Shown here: piece by piece, positions 1-7,999 of the stretch
How the letters are laid out: each line of letters starts with the position of its first letter
How positions within the stretch are numbered: position 1 is the stretch's first letter
Origin: Candidatus Saccharimonadota bacterium
GTDB lineage: Bacteria; Patescibacteriota; Saccharimonadia; Saccharimonadales; Saccharimonadaceae
Length of the DNA: 32,000 bases
Assembly: GCA_001029695.1 (NCBI GenBank)
Contig: CP011211.1
Coordinates: 750,001-782,000 of the forward strand
Direction of reading: 5' to 3'
Notes under the pieces: model-generated
What the model saw: the letters and a program-made list of their open reading frames with translations, nothing else
What the model was told of the DNA's origin: nothing
Database searches by the model: none
Made by a program: the position numbers and the translations under genes

Positions 1-96
1 ATCGAGAATGATCGGGTTCGACGGTTTTCGTTCATGGATGCAGGACGAGATTTATATGCGAAGCTGAAACGCCCTGAAATGCCACTTTGGTCGTAG
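1..96 (+). CDS. 3' end of an upstream CDS (last 31 codons, product unknown)
   Basis: Frame +1 is open from the window edge to TAG at 94-96 (IENDRVRRFSFMDAGRDLYAKLKRPEMPLWS*). It is too short to assign a family. A strong hairpin follows immediately. Confidence 0.3.
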   Translation: MENDRVRRFSFMDAGRDLYAKLKRPEMPLWS

Positions 97-101
97 CTAT
101 T

Positions 102-141
102 TTGTGGTGCGGATAGTCATTAATGATTGTCCGCACCACAA
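102..141 (+). terminator. GC-rich hairpin after the upstream CDS (possible terminator or RNA-stability element without a U-tract)
   Basis: TTGTGGTGCGGA (102-113) pairs perfectly with TCCGCACCACAA (130-141). The inner TCATT/AATGA also pair. There is no T-run directly 3' of the stem, so it is atypical for an intrinsic terminator. Confidence 0.4.
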
Positions 142-212
142 GCTCAACCGATCTCCTCCTTCACATTTTTTGAAAATACAGTAAAATAATCAACATAACT
201 AAGGAGTATCCT

Positions 213-638
213 ATGGCAGAGAAAAAGCAATCCAAAATACAGGCTGCAAAATCACACGCAACTGCACGTGCGCAGGCAGCGAAGGAAAAGGCAGCAGCGG
301 TAAAAGGAGCTGGCAGTAAACATGCTGGCGGGTTTGCCGAATTTATCCGTACGCAGGGAGTGATTGGCCTTGCGGTTGGTCTTGCTATCGGTACTGCCGC
401 GGGTGACACCGTCAAGAAGCTTGTAGAAGGCTTTATCAACCCAGTCGTCCAGTTTATTGTGGGCTCTCAAGAAGGCTTACAGGCTGCCGTATGGCACTTT
501 GAGGCATTTGGACGAAGCGCTGATTTTGCTTGGGGTGCGTTTGTATCTTCGGCAATTACGTTACTAGCGACTGCACTTGTCATTTACTGGTTGGTTCATA
601 TTTTGAAGCTCGATCGCCTCGATAAAAAGAAAGAGTAA
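213..638 (+). CDS. mscL: Large-conductance mechanosensitive channel MscL with a roughly 38-aa Lys/Ala-rich N-terminal extension
   Basis: FAEFIRTQGVIGLAVGLAIGTAAGDTVKKLVEGFINPVV aligns with the E. coli MscL N-terminus and TM1 ([31 protein letters not shown]). A second TM and a C-terminal KLDRLDKKKE charge cluster are present. AAGGAG Shine-Dalgarno (SD) at 201-206. Confidence 0.85.
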   Translation: MAEKKQSKIQAAKSHATARAQAAKEKAAAVKGAGSKHAGGFAEFIRTQGVIGLAVGLAIGTAAGDTVKKLVEGFINPVVQFIVGSQEGLQAAVWHFEAFGRSADFAWGAFVSSAITLLATALVIYWLVHILKLDRLDKKKE

Positions 639-655
639 TCTCTAGTGAATTTTTC

Positions 656-689
656 TGAAAAATACCGCCACTGTATGGCGGTATTTTTT
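656..689 (+). terminator. Rho-independent terminator of mscL
   Basis: AATACCGCCA (661-670) / loop CTGTA / TGGCGGTATT (676-685), followed by a T-run. The flanking A-run and T-run extend the stem. Confidence 0.8.
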
Positions 690-705
690 GCCGTATAATA
701 AGAGT

Positions 706-1104
706 ATGACGATGGATAAAACCGAAAGTGAATGGGAAGACGAACTGACGCCCGAGCAGTACCATGTGCTGCGTGAAAAAGGCACTGAACCTGCGTTTAC
801 AGGTGAGTATGACAGTGTTTTTGATGACGGCGCGTATAGCTGTGGTGCGTGTGGTGCAAAACTTTTTGATAGCGAGACGAAGTTTGATGCGGGTTGCGGA
901 TGGCCGAGTTTTTATGATGCGATCCCCGGAACAGTGCTGCTGTCTCCTGACGATAGTTTAGACATGGAGCGGACTGAGGTGACATGTATGCGCTGCGGTA
1001 GTCATCTTGGGCATGTCTTTGAGGGTGAGGGGCTTGATGTACCGACAGATCAGCGGTATTGTATCAATTCTCTGAGTTTACAGTTTACCCCTGATATTTC
1101 GTAG
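706..1104 (+). CDS. msrB: Peptide-methionine (R)-S-oxide reductase MsrB
   Basis: Two CxxC zinc motifs (CGACG, CMRCG), GCGWPSF, HLGHVF, and catalytic RYCINS. The ORF track starts at TTG 688. ATG 706 is preferred because TATAAT (694-699) lies 6 nt upstream. Confidence 0.9.
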   Translation: MTMDKTESEWEDELTPEQYHVLREKGTEPAFTGEYDSVFDDGAYSCGACGAKLFDSETKFDAGCGWPSFYDAIPGTVLLSPDDSLDMERTEVTCMRCGSHLGHVFEGEGLDVPTDQRYCINSLSLQFTPDIS

Positions 1105-1117
1105 TACAATAGGGAGT

Positions 1118-1663
1118 ATGACGAAAAAAGCAAAAATACTCTGGATGGATCTAGAGATGACTGGTCTTGATCCGATCGAGGATCGAATTCTTGAGGTCGC
1201 GGTAATTGCGACTGATTGGGACTTTAATGAGATCGCCACGTATGAAGGCATTGTAAAGGTGGGGCCGCGATTGGTGGAGCGCCGCTTGAAGGTAGGGCAG
1301 GCGTTTTGGGATGCTCATCCCGAGGCACGCGATGGATTAGTCCAACAAAACCTTACACTGGGCCGTTCGGGGCGAGTGATTGAGGATGAGCTACTGGCGT
1401 TTATAGGTGAGTATTTTGATGGCGAGAAGCCGGTTCTACTTGCAGGTAATTCGATTCATCAAGACCGACGATTTATCGTCAATGAGTGGCCACGACTCGA
1501 TGGGCGGCTGCATTATCGCATGCTCGATGTAACTGCATGGAAGGTGGTTATGGAAGGTAAGTATAAAAAGCGCTTTGCAAAACCAGAAGAGCATAGAGCG
1601 CTGGGTGATATTCGCGGTAGTATTATGGAATTAAAGTATTATTTAGGAAAAGTAAGAGTATGA
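1118..1663 (+). CDS. orn: Oligoribonuclease (DEDDh 3'-5' exoribonuclease)
   Basis: ILWMDLEMTGLDP, GNSIHQDRRFI, HYRMLDVTAWK and HRALGDIRGSIMELKYY match E. coli Orn motifs along the whole length. Confidence 0.9.
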   Translation: MTKKAKILWMDLEMTGLDPIEDRILEVAVIATDWDFNEIATYEGIVKVGPRLVERRLKVGQAFWDAHPEARDGLVQQNLTLGRSGRVIEDELLAFIGEYFDGEKPVLLAGNSIHQDRRFIVNEWPRLDGRLHYRMLDVTAWKVVMEGKYKKRFAKPEEHRALGDIRGSIMELKYYLGKVRV

Positions 1664-2007
1664 CACATAAAGATATTGAAGAGTTTTTGTTTAGCTTGCC
1701 GAAGGTGTGGCTTGATTATCCATTTGGTGAGGGATCGGCGGTATATAAATACGGAGACAAGCCAGATGGTAAGATTGTTGCGATTGTTGCTGAGAATACG
1801 AAGCCTCTTCGCGTAAGTCTCAAGTGTGATCCTCAGCTCGCCGAGGTGCTTCGGGAAAAGTACGAGACGGTCGTGCCAGGATATCACCTCAGTAAAAAAC
1901 ACTGGAATACAATTCTTTTGACAGGGCAAATGCCTGATCAGGAAGTGCTTGATTTGGTACGACTCAGTCATCGTCTTGTCTCAGGTGAGCTAACTATCGC
2001 TGATTAG
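1660..2007 (+). CDS. MmcQ/YjbR family DNA-binding protein
   Basis: About 115 aa with ...DYPFGEGSAVYKYGDK...VSLKCDP...PGYHLSKKHWNTILL, typical of the YjbR/CyaY-like fold family. ATGA start/stop overlap with orn. Confidence 0.7.
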   Translation: MTHKDIEEFLFSLPKVWLDYPFGEGSAVYKYGDKPDGKIVAIVAENTKPLRVSLKCDPQLAEVLREKYETVVPGYHLSKKHWNTILLTGQMPDQEVLDLVRLSHRLVSGELTIAD

Positions 2008-2705
2008 TCTTTAGTTTCATCAAACTCAAGGAATGATTTTTTGATTGGCTCAATGTTTGAGTTGGCTGCTGTGGCGTATTCTCTAAATGCTTTTGCTGGG
2101 CCTTTTCTCGACATCTTCTCGAGACTAGTGGAGAGTTCGCTTGCGATGGCGCCCATTTTGCGAGCGTACACACGATCAAACGTTCCCGTTAGGTAGGCGT
2201 CTTCAAGTTCTTGGGTGAGATCGGCTCGAAATTGCTTTTCGGCTGCGACCATTTTTTTGTCGTATTTTGTCTTTTTTACCTCTGCTTGGACGAGAAGATT
2301 AGCTGCTCCGCCTTCTGTATCGGTGAGCCACAAACGCCACCGGCTGTTATTTTCACTGAGTACGCCACTTTTGATGCGCGGTTGAAAATCTGTTGCTACG
2401 CGAAGGGTGTTTTCGAGGCGCGTTTGTATTTGCTCTGTTGAAGCGGTGTTTTTGTTGCCGCTAAAAGCGATAATGAGACTCACTCCGAGGATAAAGAGCA
2501 CTATAAGGACAGTGACAATCTTTCCAAATGCACCGCTAAAGAATTTTGGTGGTGCTTGCTGAGGGGCGATTTTATCGAGATAGTCGATCTCATATGTTTG
2601 CTGAGGCTGGGGGCCGTATCCGCCGTTTGATGGCTGAGGATAGCCCTGTTGAGGCTGAGGTGGTGGGCCTTGTTGGTTGCCTGGTTGCTGTTGATTTGGA
2701 TACAT
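2004..2705 (-). CDS. Hypothetical single-pass membrane protein (Q/P/G/Y-rich N-terminus, one TM, helical C-terminal domain)
   Basis: Clean 233-aa ORF. It has an N-terminal low-complexity segment (PNQQQPGNQQGPPPQPQQGYPQP), a TM segment (IVTVLIVLFILGVSLIIAF), and then a charged helical region. No family recognised. Confidence 0.6.
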   Translation of the reverse strand: MYPNQQQPGNQQGPPPQPQQGYPQPSNGGYGPQPQQTYEIDYLDKIAPQQAPPKFFSGAFGKIVTVLIVLFILGVSLIIAFSGNKNTASTEQIQTRLENTLRVATDFQPRIKSGVLSENNSRWRLWLTDTEGGAANLLVQAEVKKTKYDKKMVAAEKQFRADLTQELEDAYLTGTFDRVYARKMGAIASELSTSLEKMSRKGPAKAFREYATAANSNIEPIKKSFLEFDETKD

Positions 2706-2762
2706 AAGTACTCTTATTTAAGCATATGCGATAACAGAGGTAAAGAGTGATATACTAAAACT

Positions 2763-4520
2763 ATGCAAGATGCAAAAGAAGAAGTGCGCGCGCGTCTTAA
2801 TATCGAGGATGTCATAGGTGAATATGTACAACTCAAACGTGCCGGAAGAAGCTTTAAAGGACTTAGCCCATTTAGTGCTGAAAAAAGTCCTAGTTTTTTT
2901 GTAAGTCCAGAGAAGCATATCTGGCACGACTTCTCGAGCAATAAGGGTGGTGATATCTTTGCATTTATTATGGAAGTCGAAGGAATGGATTTTCGTCAGG
3001 CACTCGAGCACTTGGCGCGCAAAGCTGGCGTTGATCTGAGTGTTTATAAAAGCCAGGGTAGTCAAGAAATTGCTAAAAAGAAGAAACGACTCCTGGAGGC
3101 GCATGTGCTTGCATCGCGCTATTATCAGCAGAGCCTGCTGAGTAACAAGCATGCGTTAGAGTATGTATTTAAAAAGCGTGGCCTTAGTAAAGAAATTGTT
3201 CAAAATTTTCAGATAGGGTACGCACCAACGAGCGGTGATGCGCTTGTGCAGTTCCTATCACGTAAAGGATTCTCGGGTAGTGAGCTTGCAGAGGCGGGGT
3301 TGGTTAATCGATTTGGTGGCGATATGTTCCGTGGACGTATGATGGTGCCGCTCATGGATGGAACTGGTCAGGTAATTGGTTTTACCGCACGAATCATAGA
3401 AGATGATCCGAAGGCGCCGAAGTACCTCAATACGCCACAAACCTTGCTATATGATAAGGGTCGTCATGTGTTTGGTCTGAGTCAGGCAAAAGAAGCAATA
3501 CGACAGAATGATTACACTGTTGTGGTCGAGGGTAACCTCGATGTTGTCAGTAGTCATCAGGTTGGCGTGACACAGGTTGTTGCAACTGCGGGAACAGCGA
3601 TGACTGAACATCACTTACGGGTACTAGCGAGACTGAGCGGCAATATACGACTTGGCTTTGATGGAGACAAAGCGGGGCTGGCTGCTACCGAGAGAGCGAT
3701 ACCGATCGCGCAGACAGTTGGCGTTGAGCTAAAGATTGTTTCATTGCCAGACTCAGCAAAAGATCCTGACGAATTGATTCAACAAGATGTTCGCCTATGG
3801 CAGCAAGCGATAGATGATGCGCAGCCAGTGGTTGACTGGGTGCTTGAGCAGTACGGCAAGCGTGAAGATATGACGACTGCTGCCGGCAAGCGAGCATTTA
3901 CGAGTGCCGCACTTGCGGTAGTGCATGCGCTTCGCGATCCGGTTGAACAAGAATATTATATGAAAAAGATTGCACAGCTTGCCGATGTGTCTATGGAAAC
4001 AGTTAGCCGCAAGTTGGCGCAAAACGATGATAAACCTGAAAAGCAGCTCAAGCCTGTGAGTGCGCATGCAACGAAGAAAAACGATGCTGATGAAATGTCA
4101 CCACGTGATAAAAGTCAGGACGCATTACTGGCGACTGCACTCAAGGATGTGTATGTCCAGGACGTACTTCGTGACATCAATCCACTCATTTTCACAGGGC
4201 TTGATCGTCGAGCAGTTGCAATGTATATCGCTAAGCACCCTGGAATGACAGTAGAAGCGATACCGGCTGACTTGCAGCGTTATGAAAAGTATGTCACAAT
4301 GTTACTACTGAACCCCGACGTTCATGGTTTAGCGTGGAGCGAAGATAGTCGCATTACCACCGCCATGGAAGTGATTCGGACATTACAAGCAAACTATCAA
4401 AACAGTGAAACAAAAGAGGATCTTATTCGTCAGGAAGCTGCGGCGCGCGAGCGCGGAGAAGACGACCTTGCGGACAAGATACTTATGCAACTAAACCAAC
4501 TCATACGAGGAGAGAGATAG
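2763..4520 (+). CDS. dnaG: DNA primase DnaG (TOPRIM intact, zinc-ribbon ligands absent)
   Basis: The N-terminus aligns with the DnaG zinc-binding domain ([36 protein letters not shown]). RNA polymerase core motifs are present. TOPRIM motifs VVVEGNLDV and GFDGDKAG are present. Extended -10 TGATATACT at 2748-2756 sits 6 nt before the ATG. Confidence 0.9.
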   Translation: MQDAKEEVRARLNIEDVIGEYVQLKRAGRSFKGLSPFSAEKSPSFFVSPEKHIWHDFSSNKGGDIFAFIMEVEGMDFRQALEHLARKAGVDLSVYKSQGSQEIAKKKKRLLEAHVLASRYYQQSLLSNKHALEYVFKKRGLSKEIVQNFQIGYAPTSGDALVQFLSRKGFSGSELAEAGLVNRFGGDMFRGRMMVPLMDGTGQVIGFTARIIEDDPKAPKYLNTPQTLLYDKGRHVFGLSQAKEAIRQNDYTVVVEGNLDVVSSHQVGVTQVVATAGTAMTEHHLRVLARLSGNIRLGFDGDKAGLAATERAIPIAQTVGVELKIVSLPDSAKDPDELIQQDVRLWQQAIDDAQPVVDWVLEQYGKREDMTTAAGKRAFTSAALAVVHALRDPVEQEYYMKKIAQLADVSMETVSRKLAQNDDKPEKQLKPVSAHATKKNDADEMSPRDKSQDALLATALKDVYVQDVLRDINPLIFTGLDRRAVAMYIAKHPGMTVEAIPADLQRYEKYVTMLLLNPDVHGLAWSEDSRITTAMEVIRTLQANYQNSETKEDLIRQEAAARERGEDDLADKILMQLNQLIRGER

Positions 4521-5527
4521 TGCCAGATAACGATTTAACTGACGATACGAAAAAAGATGAAGTGATTGACGGAAGTGGCGGCCCACTCCCAAAGACGCTC
4601 GGTGATATCGAAGAGCCAGCAATTGACGAGCTCATCGATGAAGAAGAAGCTGACGAAGACACCATCAATAATGGACAATACTTCGATGACGTAAGTGACG
4701 ACAGTGTTCGTCTATACCTGCGGGAAATTGGTAAGATTCCACTACTTAATGCCGAGGAAGAACTTGCACTTGCGCAGCGCGTTGTGGCTGGCGAGAAGAA
4801 GGCGAAAGACAAAATGGCGGAAGCAAATATGCGTCTTGTCGTGAGTATTGCAAAACGCTATAGTGGTCGCGGACTTGATTTTCTTGATCTTATTCAAGAA
4901 GGAAATACTGGACTTCTCCGTGCGGTAGAGAAGTTTGATCCGGATAAAGGATTTAAGTTTAGTACGTACGCAACATGGTGGATTCGCCAGGCGATCACTC
5001 GTGCAATTGCCGATCAGGCGCGAACGATCCGTATTCCTGTGCATATGGTTGAGACGATCAACAAATTGCTTCGTACACAGCGTCGTATGACGCAAGAGCT
5101 TAACCGTGAGCCGACTATCGATGAGCTTGCAAAAGAACTCGAGATGGAACCGGACAAGGTGGAGTATGTGATCAAGATCAAACAAGATATCACATCACTT
5201 GATGCTGGTGTGGGTCGAGATGGTGATGACGAAGAGAGCGTGCTTGGTGACTTTATCGAAGATGAAGATAGTGTTACCCCTGAAGAGTCGGCAACGAGTC
5301 AACTTCTCAAGGAGCAGGTGCAGTCTGTTCTGTCGACACTATCAGATCGCGAACAGAAAATTATCAAGATGCGATTTGGACTTGAGAATGGTAAAAGTCA
5401 TACACTCGAGGAGGTTGGACAGGAGTTTGCAGTAACTCGTGAGCGAATCCGCCAAATTGAAGCGAAGGCACTTGCAAAACTTCGTAAGCACAAAGATGCC
5501 AAGAAGCTACACGAATACCTTAGTTAA
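4520..5527 (+). CDS. rpoD: Primary RNA polymerase sigma factor (sigma-70 family)
   Basis: Region 1.2 ([14 protein letters not shown]), region 2 ([31 protein letters not shown]), region 3 and region 4.2 ([20 protein letters not shown]) are all present. GTG start overlaps the dnaG stop by 1 nt and is preceded by GAGGAGAG. Confidence 0.92.
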   Translation: MPDNDLTDDTKKDEVIDGSGGPLPKTLGDIEEPAIDELIDEEEADEDTINNGQYFDDVSDDSVRLYLREIGKIPLLNAEEELALAQRVVAGEKKAKDKMAEANMRLVVSIAKRYSGRGLDFLDLIQEGNTGLLRAVEKFDPDKGFKFSTYATWWIRQAITRAIADQARTIRIPVHMVETINKLLRTQRRMTQELNREPTIDELAKELEMEPDKVEYVIKIKQDITSLDAGVGRDGDDEESVLGDFIEDEDSVTPEESATSQLLKEQVQSVLSTLSDREQKIIKMRFGLENGKSHTLEEVGQEFAVTRERIRQIEAKALAKLRKHKDAKKLHEYLS

Positions 5528-5546
5528 TAGGTAGACCAGCTAAATA

Positions 5547-5585
5547 ACAAAATAACGTCCATTTGGGCGTTATTTTGTTGAGGTA
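5547..5585 (+). terminator. Rho-independent terminator of dnaG-rpoD
   Basis: AACAAAATAACG (5547-5558) / loop / CGTTATTTTGTT (5568-5579). Confidence 0.75.
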
Positions 5586-5625
5586 CACTTGGGCTATATA
5601 CATAGCTATGAGACAATAAGAAGTA

Positions 5626-6213
5626 ATGAAACTTCCTGAAATTATTGGTATCGCCGGAACGAACGGTGCTGGCAAGGATGCACTAGGTCATCTCTTAGCT
5701 GAAGCTAAAAACTATCATCTCGTGAGCGCAAGTGATATCTTGCGTGATGAACTACGCCGTACAGGCGTACCGCTTGAGCGTGAAAATTTGGCAGCTCTCA
5801 GTCAGCGATGGCGAGTTGAGTCGAATGACACAGGGATTCTCACTGTAAAGGCCATGGAACAGTATGAACGTGAAAAAGAAAGCTATAATGGTCTCGCGAT
5901 CATTAGCCTTCGCCACCCAGAAGAAGCGGAGCGCATTAAGCAGCATGGTGGGGTGATCGTATGGGTTGATGCTGATCAGCGGCATCGTTACGATCGCTTG
6001 CAGCAAGGAAATCGAGGTCGCTCAGAGGATCACGTGAGCTTTGAGGAGTTCAAAAAGGCTGAGTATCGGGAGATGCATCCGGATAGCGACGCAACGCACG
6101 GCGCCTTAAATATGAAGGGTGTAAAAGATTTAGCGGATGTCTTTGTTGAGAATGACTTCCCGACGATTGAGGCGTATCATAATCATCTTCGCGACCGGTT
6201 CGAACTTATCTAG
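5626..6213 (+). CDS. P-loop nucleotide kinase-like protein (dNMP-kinase / UPF0200-like), Walker A GTNGAGKD
   Basis: N-terminal P-loop IIGIAGTNGAGKDALG, a central RH..EE segment and a lid-like RGRSEDHVSFEEFKKAEYRE. The overall layout is that of small NMP/dNMP kinases. Substrate cannot be assigned. Confidence 0.6.
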   Translation: MKLPEIIGIAGTNGAGKDALGHLLAEAKNYHLVSASDILRDELRRTGVPLERENLAALSQRWRVESNDTGILTVKAMEQYEREKESYNGLAIISLRHPEEAERIKQHGGVIVWVDADQRHRYDRLQQGNRGRSEDHVSFEEFKKAEYREMHPDSDATHGALNMKGVKDLADVFVENDFPTIEAYHNHLRDRFELI

Positions 6214-6785
6214 AGTCGAAACTTGATTGTATCAAGTAATTGTTCGACGTTTTCGTATAATTCTTCAACACTTCCTGTGTTTTCGAGGAAGTAGTCGGCG
6301 ATGGCGATGGGTCCACCTTTTTGCAGCTGCTCTATTTCAGACCAGTCTCGCTGACTGGCCTCGGCATTTGTCAGGGGGCGTGATGGTCGGATAGCAAGTC
6401 GTCGATGACGAGTGATGCGAGGAGCGGTGAGTGCAACGACGGTGAGCGACTGAGGAAACTCGCTCTTCAATGCTTTATATTCATCCCAACTATATAGTCC
6501 GTCGAGAACGATAGAATGCTGGCCCGCTTCAATGAGGTCATATATTTGAGGTATGATAACATCAACGACGCCAGTAGTGCCTTTGTTTTGACGAAACTGC
6601 TCGCGGAAAGTGCGCTCATTTTCCGCAGTGTGTTCGAGTCCAGCCTCATTCATTGCTTGGAGGATGACACCTCCAAAGTAGACCGAGGGGAAATGTTTTG
6701 TGCGCAAGTAATTTGCTGCGGTGCTCATGCCAGATCCAGGTAGGCCGACAAATGCGAGTAGTTTTACGTTTGAGTAGCGAGTCAT
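6210..6785 (-). CDS. P-loop kinase-like protein (UPF0200 / dephospho-CoA-kinase-like) with Walker-A Lys replaced by Met
   Basis: LLAFVGLPGSGMSTAANYL, VLDGLYSWDEYKALK and RPSRPL...ASQRDWSE resemble archaeal-type UPF0200 kinases. The start is set at ATG 6785 (MTRYSNVK...) because TATACT on the - strand (6799-6794) lies 8 nt upstream. The ORF-track start at 6830 would overlap the divergent gene. Confidence 0.55.
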   Translation of the reverse strand: MTRYSNVKLLAFVGLPGSGMSTAANYLRTKHFPSVYFGGVILQAMNEAGLEHTAENERTFREQFRQNKGTTGVVDVIIPQIYDLIEAGQHSIVLDGLYSWDEYKALKSEFPQSLTVVALTAPRITRHRRLAIRPSRPLTNAEASQRDWSEIEQLQKGGPIAIADYFLENTGSVEELYENVEQLLDTIKFRL

Positions 6786-6828
6786 TACTATACAGTATAG
6801 CAAGAAGCGGCGTATACTAAAGGGTATC

Positions 6829-7209
6829 ATGACAGGATATAGAGGACGTCCACTTTCGCTTTCGTCAAAGGAAGGCCTAGTGAAGAATATTGAGCAAAAA
6901 ACAGTTACGTACTCAAGTGCTATTGAAGCTGTGGGTCAGCGTGCAGCCGAACAATATTTTGGCGCGGACTGGCAGTTATATGCTCAGTGTCGCCTGGATG
7001 ATATAGATCCGGAAATATTTTTTGAGGGTGATATTTCTGACAACTCAAGCAACAAGAAAAGGAAATACGCAGCCAAAGAAGCAGCTAAGGAAGTTTGCGC
7101 AGAGTGCATCGTGCGTCAAGAGTGCCTTACTCGAGCGCTACAAACACATGAACCAAATGGCGTATGGGGTGGTATGACGACATTGGAGCGCCGAAGACTA
7201 ACGAAATGA
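6829..7209 (+). CDS. WhiB-like (Wbl) Fe-S transcriptional regulator with N-terminal extension
   Basis: AQCRLDDIDPEIFF...VCAECIVRQECLTRAL...GVWGGMTTLERRRL. The four-Cys pattern C-Xn-C-X2-C-X5-C plus the GVWGG turn and basic tail match M. tuberculosis WhiB1 (AVCRDEDPELFF...VCNRCPVTTECLSWAL...GVWGGM..ERRAL). Confidence 0.8.
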   Translation: MTGYRGRPLSLSSKEGLVKNIEQKTVTYSSAIEAVGQRAAEQYFGADWQLYAQCRLDDIDPEIFFEGDISDNSSNKKRKYAAKEAAKEVCAECIVRQECLTRALQTHEPNGVWGGMTTLERRRLTK

Positions 7210-7215
7210 TTGCTG

Positions 7216-7932
7216 CTATTTTCCGCGACGGCGTTCGCGGGAATTAAACTCCATAATGATATTCGCGAGCGTCTCGCCAGTAAAGTCAGGCCATAGAAGC
7301 TCAGGAAACGAGAACTGCGTCTCATCGGCGAGAAGACTCATAAAGCCCGCGCTGTTATGTGGATCTGTCCAAGAGCCGGTTCGAACAATGAGATCAAGGT
7401 CGGGGAGGTGTCCTGTCCATGAGCGAGAGCGAAGTAGTTGTTCGGTAGCAATATCACTATCGGTGTCCGTTAAGATGGAGTGAACAGCTGCGGTTCGTTC
7501 ACGATTTCCGCTGTAGTCGATAAGTAGTGTGAGTTCGCGTGTTTTCCTGTGAGCGGTTTGAGCAATTGCTTTTTCCATAGCCTCGATAGTTTTCGGGGTT
7601 AGACTGTCGCGCCATTCGCCGATAATGTTGATGCGCACATCGTACTGTTCAATAACTGGATGTTCGGCAAATCTGTGAATATTATCGCGAAATACGCGGT
7701 CAATGTTACTAAAAAAATCCGATGATCGGTCGGCGAGGTTTGCATGCGAGCTGCCCCATAGTGATAAATGTGTCACGCCACCGTCAAATGCGGCTTGAGT
7801 GATGCCGAGTAGCCCTTCGACACCACGGTCGTAGAGTTCTTTGTAACCTTTTAGGCCGTGCTGTTTTGCCCAGCGTCGGTTACCATCAGGGATGATTGCA
7901 ATGTGGAATGGTGAGTCGGAATTCATTATCAT
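7216..7932 (-). CDS. uppS: Isoprenyl transferase / undecaprenyl-diphosphate synthase
   Basis: HIAIIPDGNRRWAKQHGL, THLSLWGSS, DLIVRTG and ERRRG(K) motifs of cis-prenyltransferases. An alternative start is at 7926 (MNSD...). Confidence 0.9.
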   Translation of the reverse strand: MIMNSDSPFHIAIIPDGNRRWAKQHGLKGYKELYDRGVEGLLGITQAAFDGGVTHLSLWGSSHANLADRSSDFFSNIDRVFRDNIHRFAEHPVIEQYDVRINIIGEWRDSLTPKTIEAMEKAIAQTAHRKTRELTLLIDYSGNRERTAAVHSILTDTDSDIATEQLLRSRSWTGHLPDLDLIVRTGSWTDPHNSAGFMSLLADETQFSFPELLWPDFTGETLANIIMEFNSRERRRGK

Positions 7933-7999
7933 TTTATTATAGCAAACACGAGAGGTTAGACCTGCAAATAACCATGCCTAAGTAAGTTATACTAGTAGT

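Noticed and set aside
150-207. GATCTCCTCCTT (150-161) resembles the 16S rRNA 3' end (anti-SD) and is complementary to the mscL SD AAGGAG (201-206). This suggested a 16S fragment or an SD-sequestering switch.
   Set aside because: Nothing upstream resembles 16S rRNA. The best mscL promoter (TTCACA 160-165, 16-nt spacer, TAAAAT 182-187) would start transcription downstream of the CTCCTT element, so that element would not be in the mRNA.
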